A stretch of 64,000 nucleotides of DNA. Source: Thecamonas trahens ATCC 50062 (lineage: Eukaryota > Protista > Apusomonadida). The notes under the pieces are model-generated. The model ran no database searches. It was not told where the DNA came from and worked only from the letters and a program-made list of their open reading frames with translations. Location: the NCBI RefSeq assembly GCF_000142905.1, contig NW_013657652.1, positions 325,114-389,113 on the forward strand, read 5' to 3'. This document shows, piece after piece, positions 55,223 to 64,000 of the stretch (the stretch's first letter is position 1; every line of letters starts with the position of its first letter). The position numbers and the translations under genes are program-made.

Positions 55223-58200
55223 ATGGCGGCAAGTGCAAAGAACGAGACGGCCGGAGTGGTGGCTATGGAGACTGGGGCAGCCGACGCCGGCACGTCGGCA
55301 GACGGAACGCTGTCGAGCGGGCAGAAGGCGCTGTACGACCGGCAGATTGGGGCGCTGGGCATGGCGACTATGCAGAAGCTTGTGAAGCAGTCTGTGCTCA
55401 TTGTGGGCCTCCGCGGGCTGGGCGTGGAGATTGCTAAGAACGTGATTCTTGCAGGGCCCAAGGCTGTGACGGTGGCGGACGCCGGGCTGGTGGAGCTGGC
55501 GGACCTCTCTGCGCAGTTCTACCTCAAGGAGGAGGACGTGGGCAAGAGCCGTGCCGAGGTCTGCTTCCCACACTTTCGCGAGCTCAACCCGTATGTGGAG
55601 ATCCAGACGCACACGGGTGCGATTACGGCTGACTTTCTGCGGTCGTTCACTGTTGTGGTCATGACGTGCTCGACGCCCGAGGAGAAGACGCGGGTGAATG
55701 CGTTCTGCCGGGCGGCGTCGCCGCCTATCACCTTTATCACGACGGAAATCCACGGGCTGTTTGGCTATGTCTTTGACGACTTTTCTGCGCCCGAGGCCGC
55801 GGGTGGGCCTTCCGGTACGAGGGCCACGTCATTGCTGACGGCGATGGCGAGAAGCCGCGGTTTGGGTGGATTGCATCGGTGACTGCGACGTCGCCGGCGG
55901 TGGTGACCTGGCTGGAGGACTTTCCGTATTGCTTCGAGGAGGGCGACTACATTTCGTTCTCCGAGGTTGTGGGCATGGAGGAGCTGAACAACGTGCCGCC
56001 AGCGCGGGTCACAGCGCGGACGCAGGATACGGTGACGCTTGACCTCGATGCCTCGGGCTTCTCGGCGTACGTGTCGGGCGGAGTGGCGACGCAGGTCAAG
56101 ATGCCGACTGTGGTCTCGCACAAGTCGCTTGCGGAGCGTGTGGTGGATCCCGGCGAGCTTGCGGTGACGGACTTTGCCAAGTTTGGGCGGCCGCAGCAGC
56201 TGCACGTGGCGTTCCAGGGTCTGCACGCGTTCCAGGCAGCGAACGCGGGCGCGCTGCCGGAGCTTAACAACGAGGAGCACGCCGAGGCTGTGGTCGAGTA
56301 TGCGGTGGCGTGGAACGCTGCGCGGGCTGGTGGTCCGCTGGTGGACGAGGTGGACGCCAAGCTGCCGCGGCTGCTTGCGCTGCACGCGCGGGCGGAGCTC
56401 TCGCCGATGGCGTCGATCATGGGCGGCATTGTGGCACAGGAGGTGGTCAAGGTGACCGGCAAGTTCACGCCGTTTGACCAGTACATGTACTTTGACGCGC
56501 TCGAGGCGCTTGCGGACGTCGAGGCGGCCCAGAAGCCATCTGCGGCCGGCGACGAGTACGCGCCGCTTGGCTCGCGGTACGACGGGCAGATTGCTGTATT
56601 TGGGCGGTCGTTCCAGGCGCAGCTGGCGAACCTCAAGTACTTTATGGTGGGCGCCGGTGCGCTCGGCTGCGAGTTCCTCAAGGGCTTTGCCATGATGGGC
56701 GTAGCGACGGCACCAGACGGCGTCATCCACGTCACCGACGACGACCACATTGCGCCGTCGAACCTCAACCGGCAGTTCCTCTTCCGCTCGCACCACCTCA
56801 ACTGCTCCAAGTCCAAGACGGCGGCGGCGGTGATCCAGGAGATGAACCCGGACATCAACATCAACGCCCTCGAGCTCCGGGTCTCGCCCAACACCGAGGA
56901 CTACTTTAACGATGCGTTCTGGATGGGCCTCGACGGAGTGACCAACGCGCTCGACAACATCAAGGCGCGGCTGTACGTCGACTCCAAGTGTGTGTCGTAC
57001 AAGAAGTCGCTGCTCGAGTCGGGCACGCTCGGGACCAAGTCGAACGTCCAGGTTGTCATTCCGCACATGACCGAGTCGTACGGAGCGTCGCCGGACCCGC
57101 CGGAGAAGGAGACGCCGTCGTGCACGCTGCACAACTTCCCGTACCTCATCGAGCACACCATCCAGCTCGCGCGCGAGGAGTTTGAGACGACGTTTGTCAA
57201 GACGCCGTCGGACGCGATTGCGTACCTCAAGGATGGTGAGGCGCACCTCGAGTCGATGCGGCACATTCACGAGAAGCGGATGATGCTCGAGGGTGTGCAC
57301 TCGCTGGTGGCGGCCAAGGCCGGCAACGTGACATTTGCCGACTGCGTGGCGTGGGCGCGGTGCGAGTTTGAGCGGCTGTACAACCACCGCATCCGCACCA
57401 TTCTCCTTCGCCTTCCGGCGGACAAGGTCGACGAGGCCGGCGCGCCATTCTGGTCGGGCACCAAGCGCATTCCGTCGCCGATCGAGTTTGACGCCGCCGA
57501 CCCGCTGCACATGGCGTACATTGTGTCTGCGGCGAACCTCCGCGCGGCGATCTTTGGCCTCGCCGATGCCACGGCCGAGCCCGATGCCATCAAAGCCATC
57601 CTTGCCGACGTTGCTGTCCCCGAGTTTGTCGACGACGCCTCGGTCCAGATCCAGGTCAAGGAGGGCGAGGAGCCCGAGCCGGCCAAGGCCGACGACGACG
57701 AGGACGTGATCGAGGCGACGCGCAAGGCGCTCGACGAGCTCTCTATCCCGCCGGTGGCCTTTACGCCGCACGTGTTTGAGAAGGACGACGACAGCAACCA
57801 TCACATTGACTACATCGCCGCCGCGGCCAACCTCCGGGCTCGTAACTACAACATCGGCGAGGTCGAGCGGCTCAAGATCAAGATGATCGCCGGCCGCATC
57901 ATCCCGGCGCTCGCCACGACGACGGCCATGACCACCGGCTTTGTCCTCCTCGAGCTCTACAAGCTCGTCCGCAAGGCGCCGATCGAGGCCTTTAAGAATG
58001 GGTTCTTCAACCTCGCGCTCCCGCTCTTTGCCTTTTCCGAGCCGCTGCCGCCCAAGAAGAACACCTCGCCCGGTCCCGCCGGCCAGCGCTACATCCCCGA
58101 TGGCTACACCGAGTGGGACCAGATGGAGATTGTCGGCGACCTCACCGTCCAGGAGGTCAAGGACTGGTTCACCGAGAAGCACGGTGTGAACGCCTCGATG

Positions 58201-58404
58201 ATCTCGCGTGGCTCCTCGCTCCTCTACGCCGAGTTTATGCCCGCCCACGCCTCGCGCCTCGAGCGCAAGGTCACCGACCTCGTCCGCGACTCGACCGGCG
58301 AGGAGTTTGACGAGTCAGTCAAGCGGCTCGAGCTGGTTGTCTCGTGCGAGGATGACGAGGACAACGAGTGCGATGTCCCGGTCACGTACCTCATCTTCCG
58401 TTAG
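55223..58404 (+). CDS. UBA1: Ubiquitin-activating enzyme E1 (UBA1/UBA6 type); frame break near 55814
   Basis: LYDRQI, GLRGLGVEIAKNVILAG, SRYDGQIAVFG, VGAGALGCEFLK, SNLNRQFLFR, catalytic PSCTLHNFP, FEKDDDSNHHIDYI, IAGRIIPALATTT. Confidence 0.93.
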
Positions 58405-58860
58405 ATGGTATGTAAAGCAGGGCTGCGGTGTATGTCGATGTGGATTGTGTTGGGGGTTGAGGGGGGTTGGGGGTTGGGGGGTTAACATCAGAGGGTAGTG
58501 GAAGATGGGAAGTGGAAGATGGGAAGAAGGGAAAAAGTGTACAGCCCGTTTTAGGGGAGAACGGCACCACATGAAGGTGCGTCTCACGGCGCGGTCTGAA
58601 TCATTCTACGACGTTTCGAAGAGAATTGCATCCAAATAGAGGAGCAACTTTCTGCCACGACGATATCAACTTTGACTAACCACCCCATTGTCGGCTGCCA
58701 ACACGCCGCCCGAGCAACTGACGCCAGCGGATGGCCGCTCGCTAAATGGGTTCGCGTCACCCTGCGAGCGGGAGCCGGCACGAGTGGAGCGTACAAGCAG
58801 GTGACGCCGTAGAAGCTGCTGCTGCGGCAACTGCCCCTTGAGCACACTCGACCCGCAGTC

Positions 58861-59673
58861 ATGGCCAGACCGGTGGGTGCAGGGACGGGTGGGAGCTCGG
58901 GTGCGTGGAACACGTACATAGAGGACGAGGACGGGTCGCTGTATGCGCCCGCAGGCGGCGACGACGGCGGCGGTAAGGTTGCGGGCAAGAGTACGGGCAA
59001 GGGCAGGAGCAGCCGAGCCAGCGGTAGCAGCAGTGGCGGCGGTGGGCGGCGGCGGCATTACGATCCGCACGCTGGTGGCCTCATCCTTCCGTCATCGTCG
59101 TCGATGCACTTTGATGCGCGAGCGGTGCTCGGCGTTGTGCCTCTGCACGAGATCCCGTCGCGGGCGCGGAGCTCGGCACGGGTCCCGCTGCTCGAGTGCA
59201 CCCGGTGCTCCGGCTGGGGCCATCTCGAGCCGCACTGCCCCGAGGCTGTCCGCAAGCCGACCGATCCGCCGCTGTTGGTGCTCTCGTCGGCCACGACCGC
59301 CAAGTTTGCCGCCAAGCATGCGCCGCCGCCGGCCGCGCCGGCCCGCACCAGCAGCGCAGCCTCGGCAAGCTCACACTCGCGCTCCCGTCGCGAGCGCGGT
59401 GGAGGCGGTAGCACAGGCGGCGCTGGAGCCGGGAGCGGCGACCGCGACCGCTCACGCTCCCGTGACCAGCGCGGATCGCGTGATAGCAGCCGTGCCCCGG
59501 TTCCGGGCGTCGATGGCGCCGTCGACTTTAACGGCGTATGCTTCATCTGCAACAAGCCCGGCCATCGCGCCCGCCAGTGCACGCAGCGCGCTGCCGGCAA
59601 GTCATCCGATCATGGCGCGTGCTTCCGCTGTGGCCAGCAGGGCCATTATGCTCGCGAGTGTCCCGACTCATAG
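58861..59673 (+). CDS. CCHC zinc-knuckle protein with RS/G-rich linker
   Basis: Three CX2CX4HX4C motifs: CTRCSGWGHLEPHC, CFICNKPGHRARQC, CFRCGQQGHYAREC. Confidence 0.88.
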   Translation: MARPVGAGTGGSSGAWNTYIEDEDGSLYAPAGGDDGGGKVAGKSTGKGRSSRASGSSSGGGGRRRHYDPHAGGLILPSSSSMHFDARAVLGVVPLHEIPSRARSSARVPLLECTRCSGWGHLEPHCPEAVRKPTDPPLLVLSSATTAKFAAKHAPPPAAPARTSSAASASSHSRSRRERGGGGSTGGAGAGSGDRDRSRSRDQRGSRDSSRAPVPGVDGAVDFNGVCFICNKPGHRARQCTQRAAGKSSDHGACFRCGQQGHYARECPDS

Positions 59674-59962
59674 ACGTCGACGTAGCCGTAGACGTAAACG
59701 TAGACGTAGACTTGTAGCGCAAGCACCACTGCGATCGCGTCCAAGGCTGTGTCACCCCGCACTGATCAATCCACTATGGTCAGACCTGTGTGTGTGTGTG
59801 TGTTTAAGGGGGGAAGGGGGGTGAGACGCTATCACGGCGCAGTCGGGTGTGTGATCCCCGGTCGACCCCTTCCTTCCCGACCCACGCACAATCCGGGACA
59901 CACCCCTACTTCCTCAAGCACACGGCTCTACACTTGCCCTTCCTTCTCCTCAACCCCCAAAC

Positions 59963-62028
59963 ATGGAACGGTTCTCGGTGACACCGTCGCTTCCACGCGC
60001 CCGCACAGCAGCTGCTGTCGGCGCGCTGGCCCTCGCCATGCTCGGCTGCCTGGCAGTCATGCTCGCCCCGGGCCCAGCCTTCGACACTGCAGCGTACATG
60101 GCTCCGGTGACGGTACGCCTTCTTGCCATGCTCGCTTGCTCCCTCACCCCCTCATCTTCCCCGGCCTCCTCCACCGCACTCATCTCCCGACCCTCCCTCC
60201 CCCGATCTAGCGATATGCCATCCCTGCCGACGAGGCTGTAGTTGCACACGAGGCAGGCCTGCTCCGCTACGCTGTTCCGTCGGAGGTCTACACTGTCGAT
60301 CCGGAGCACACGTTGACCGGCGCGGTGATCACTGCGTCCGCGTCGCACGTTCCAGGCATGGATGGTGGCGCCCTTGCGGTGTTTGCAGCGGCAGAGGCTT
60401 CCAAGTCGCCATACGTGGCCGAGCGGACGCGGCTGGTGTACACTGCGCGCTGCGCGCTCGATGCCGCCGATGGCAAGGACTGCAAAGTCGGTGAGCTCGG
60501 GTTTCAGTCGCTGGCGACGTCTGCGGCGGCAGTCGCCAGTCTGGACGCCGGCGCACGCGAGCAAGCGCTCACCTGGCTGACAGGCGAGAGCATGTGGGAG
60601 GACGGCGCAGGCTTTCGCCCGGCGCCTAACCGGCAGGCGACGCTGCGCTCGGTGTATGCCGGCTTGCACCTCGTTGCGCTCCTTGATGGATTCTCAAAGC
60701 TTTCCACGGAGCGTGCTGATGCACTCGAGGTCATCGTGGGGTTTGTGCTTGCTCAGCGCGACGCGTCGGTGGGCGGCTTTTGCGCTCGTGCCTCGCCCAA
60801 AGGCGTGATCGCGCTCGGCAACCCGGACGCGGTGGCCTCCATTGAGGCGACGTATCTAGCAATGCGCATCCTGGCTGCTGTTGCCGAAACTGCGCCGGAC
60901 CAGGTTCCCAGTATTAGCTCGGCGCTGCTCGGTGACGATGGCAACGGCCTGGCGCTGCTGCAGTCGTTTGTGGTCGAGGCGCAGCGGGCCGACGGCGGGT
61001 TTGGCAAGCATCCGCTCACCACTCTGGCCGAGTACATTGCCGAAGTCTCCGACCTTGCTAACACGCTCCGAGCGCTGGTGCTTGTGCAGCTGGACATTCC
61101 AGCCTGGGCCGGGAACGACATGCCTCCGCTGGCTGGCGCGGTGCTCCCGCGGGCACACGCCTTTGCCTCGGCCTGCTTCTCGACGCAGATCGGCGTCTGT
61201 ACCGACGACCTGTGCGAGGCGTTTGACTTTGACTCGGCGCTTCTGCTCACGCTTCTCCAGCCGCATGCTGGCTGGATCCTTGAGCCCCTGGCCTCGTCGC
61301 CGCAGGCGTTCTTCACTGCTGCAGTCGGACTTGTGGTCGCATACATCGGCATGCTCTTTGCGCTGTATGCCCCCCAGCTGACAGGCCTGCCGTGGCATGA
61401 GCTGGCGGTGCATGTCGGTGGTGTTGCCGCAGCCGGAGGCGTGGCGTACGGTGCGTGCGAGCTAGCAGGCTGGCCGATTGTGGGTGCGGCAGGTGCTGCC
61501 GTCTTTCTGGTCCTCCACTGTGGGGCATCGGCAAAGTTCCTCTTCTCCGGCCGTGACGAGACGCTTGCGACGCTGGTGGTTATCAACGGGCTCACCCACA
61601 TGGCGCTAGTCCTCGCCATGTACGCCGCCTTCCCGCTCCTTATCCCGCAGGTGTACGGGCTCTACTTTCCGGCACTGGTGTACATGATGCTTGCGCCGCT
61701 GGTGACAGCGTTGGTGCGCGTGGCGGTGTACCCGAGCGCCGGCGGGCCGGTGCACGCTGACGATCCAACGTCACCGACAGCCAACACAGTGGCAGCGTTC
61801 CGTGGCGCGCTCATGGGCGCCGGACCCGGCCTCGCCCTCCAGTTTGTTGTTGTCTGCGTGCGGCCGGACTTGCCGGCGCTGGCGCGGCTGGCGCGGATCG
61901 GCGGGCACCTGCCCAACATCATGCTTCTCCTCCCGGTGCTGCAGATGCTCGGCGGCGCTTTCTTTGCCGTTGTGGCTGGGCGTGGTCTTGACATGTTGGT
62001 GCAGCATGCAAAGCCCAAGTCCGAGTAG
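59963..62028 (+). CDS. Membrane protein: signal anchor, prenyltransferase/squalene-oxidase-type repeats, about 7 TM helices, KxKxx tail; intron 60113-60210
   Basis: ACG|GTACGC...CTAG|CGA phase-0 splice; FVLAQRDASVGGF, SIEATYLAMRIL, FVVEAQRADGGFG; ends HAKPKSE*. Confidence 0.7.
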
Positions 62029-62035
62029 AGCTAGT

Positions 62036-63718
62036 TTACACCCGCGCCGGCTCGAGGTCATAATCGTCATAGTAGTCCCAGTCTGAGAACGCGTCCTCAG
62101 CCTCGACGCCGGGCAGACCCGAGGTCGGCGAGAGTGGCAGCTCGGGCTCGTCGTTGGCGGGCGTCGGCGCAGGCACAGGTGCGGCCGCGGCGGCCGACGA
62201 TGATGCATCGGCGCGCGACGGGCGCCGGTCGCTAGAAGCAGGCTTGAGGACTGGCGACTTGATCTGCGGCGGCGAAGCGGACGGCTCGGCGTCGCCGGCG
62301 GTCGAGCGGTGGTGAGCGCGGCGAACGCGGCCGGCGGCCTTGTCGGCCATGTGCTGGCGGACGGCCTTGTGGAGCGCAGACGAGATGTAGTGACCCTGCG
62401 GCGTGACAAACTTGTAGACGGTGCTCTCACCGGCGGCGATAGGCTGCAGCTCGCCCGAGTTCGAGCGGACGAGATGGGCGCCACGGTTGTCGAGCTTGTG
62501 CGAGCCGGAGCTCAGCATCGAGTGGACCTTGGACGAGAGGATGGAGCAGGTCCACGAGGTGTGCGAGTGCTCGCCGCCCCACTGGAGGACGTGCGAAAAG
62601 TGATAGCAGCCCACAAGCCTGCGGGTCTTGGCCTCGATAAAGCCAAGGCGCGAATCCGAGATGGCGACGGCAATGCGGCCGTGGATCGAGGTCTTGAGCG
62701 AGGTCCGCGCCTTGGCCGGCACAAACGTAGTTGCGCCGTACATGCGAAGTTTGCGCGCGTGCGCTAGGTAGGCGGCCATGGCAGCCTCGGTGGTCTCCAG
62801 CTGCAGGCCGTGGTAGCCGTCAAGGATGCGGGCCTCGAGCTCGCGAAGGCGGAAGAGGGTGGCGCCGGCAACCAGCGGCTCGGGCAGGTACTGCGCGAGC
62901 AGGCCGCCGTCCGAGGTGAGGAAGCCAGCGGCGTGGCGGGCGGGCGGGCACGGGCCAAACGCAACCACCATCTGCAGCGCTGCGAGGTCGATGAAGAACT
63001 TGACGTCGTCGCTGACCGGCCACTCGTGGATGACGCCGTAGACGGCCTGCTGATAGACCAGTCGCAGCGCGACCGGATCGGTCTCGAGGCTGGTCTCTGT
63101 GGCCGGCGAAAAGTCCCACTTTTTGAACACGAGGAACGAGTGTGGGACTGCATGCTCATGCGCCTTGTTGGTCACGTATCGCTCCTCGAGCACCTTGAAC
63201 TCGCGCATCGTCGCCAGCACCCGCGTCGCCGCTTCGGGCTGAGCCGGCACGGCGCCCGAGAGCTCGGATCGGTTGAGCGAGGCCGCCACAGGCGGAACCC
63301 TCGCCGCCGGACCATGATCCTCGCCAGCAGACAGCCGGCCCTCGAGGTACGACCGCGGACGCCGCTCGTAGCCGGCAACAACCGGAAAGATGTCAAAAGC
63401 GGCGGCGGCGTCGGCCGAGAGGCCCATGCGGACGGCCACGTCGCAGCGGAGCTCATCAAAGGTAGTAGACTCGGCCACAGGCATGGTGACAAAGGCCCCT
63501 CCAAGCAGATGCACCTCGACCGAGTCTGTGTACTCGGTCTGCGGGGCGAGGATGCCTCGTGGCGCTGGAGACGGCCAAGCGATGGGAGGGTGGGTGGGGG
63601 TGAGTGCGGGGCGTCGGGGGAAGGGTGGGCAAGAGGAGGGGGGGGGATGGGACGTACGGGAGTTGTCGAGGAGATCGCCACCCTCGTATGAGCTGTATGA
63701 TGCACTGTGTGCGTCCAT
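62036..63718 (-). CDS. FERM (band 4.1) domain protein; probable in-frame intron 63565-63657
   Basis: VEVHLLGG..TTFDEL..V..RMGL (F1), DPVALRLVYQQAVYGV..LAALQM..QYLP..AYLAHARKLRMYGATTF (F2), PH-like F3; GTACGT...CTCCAG. Confidence 0.88.
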   Translation of the reverse strand: MDAHSASYSSYEGGDLLDNSRTSHPPPSSCPPFPRRPALTPTHPPIAWPSPAPRGILAPQTEYTDSVEVHLLGGAFVTMPVAESTTFDELRCDVAVRMGLSADAAAAFDIFPVVAGYERRPRSYLEGRLSAGEDHGPAARVPPVAASLNRSELSGAVPAQPEAATRVLATMREFKVLEERYVTNKAHEHAVPHSFLVFKKWDFSPATETSLETDPVALRLVYQQAVYGVIHEWPVSDDVKFFIDLAALQMVVAFGPCPPARHAAGFLTSDGGLLAQYLPEPLVAGATLFRLRELEARILDGYHGLQLETTEAAMAAYLAHARKLRMYGATTFVPAKARTSLKTSIHGRIAVAISDSRLGFIEAKTRRLVGCYHFSHVLQWGGEHSHTSWTCSILSSKVHSMLSSGSHKLDNRGAHLVRSNSGELQPIAAGESTVYKFVTPQGHYISSALHKAVRQHMADKAAGRVRRAHHRSTAGDAEPSASPPQIKSPVLKPASSDRRPSRADASSSAAAAAPVPAPTPANDEPELPLSPTSGLPGVEAEDAFSDWDYYDDYDLEPARV

Positions 63719-64000
63719 GGTTGGTCGGGTACAGCAGTGGGAGGACTGGCGGCAGTGGAGTGGCTGGCTCGGACCTTCCTCTGCCGCCTACTGCCTTCTG
63801 CCTGTCGCTGGCTGCATGCCGTATCAGGTGCAGCAGCCGTACGGGCGCAGATAGCCATCGCATCAGTCGACCATCGGGGTGATGTGGTTGGTTCTCATGA
63901 CGGGCAAGGGCGAGAACACGGTTCGGCATGGGCATGGGCATATGGGGGGGGGATTAAGAGGTATTGGCCTGCAATCCATACCTGGTCGTGTCCTTTTCCA

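Noticed and set aside
55765-58248. Long antisense ORFs (827 aa here; also 52281-53768, 16123-17358, 11325-12335, 9900-11222)
   Set aside because: They mirror conserved genes on the opposite strand; high GC and codon bias suppress stop codons, and no domain motifs are visible.
9115-58404. Calling the frameshifted genes pseudogenes
   Set aside because: No in-frame stops or decay apart from single-base shifts, catalytic motifs are intact, and essential genes such as E1 are affected.
58861-59673. Zinc knuckles as retrotransposon Gag
   Set aside because: No protease, reverse transcriptase, integrase, LTRs or target-site duplication nearby.

Overview
GC-rich, gene-dense eukaryotic nuclear DNA with four N-gaps. 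Gene content (flagellar proteins, formin, FERM, RasGEF, ubiquitin E1), intron scarcity and composition suggest a flagellated protist such as an apusomonad (Thecamonas-like); this is an inference. About 26 protein-coding genes are visible: ABCC transporter (runs off the left end), Mo25/CAB39, WsaF-like glycosyltransferase, PH-domain formin, stand-alone C-CAP, MCM4, centrin, CCDC17-like, Cys-rich multi-TM receptor-like protein, CCDC137-like, F-box/WD40, CFAP57, DRC7, bacterial-type ferrochelatase, ABHD18-like hydrolase, DEP-containing Rim15/Greatwall-like kinase, DEP/ankyrin RasGEF, ubiquitin E1, CCHC zinc-knuckle protein, prenyltransferase-repeat membrane protein, FERM protein and several orphans. 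Many genes have a single intron right after a short first exon (donor GTACG), and many are in head-to-head pairs. At least 12 reading-frame breaks interrupt otherwise intact genes, mostly one-base deficits at short homopolymers; these are most likely sequencing errors. The best leads are two bacterial-like enzymes with added membrane anchors and a stop-less ferrochelatase-(ACC)16-hydrolase junction. No tRNA, rRNA, CRISPR or mobile element was recognised. All family calls come from motif recognition by eye; no database search was run.
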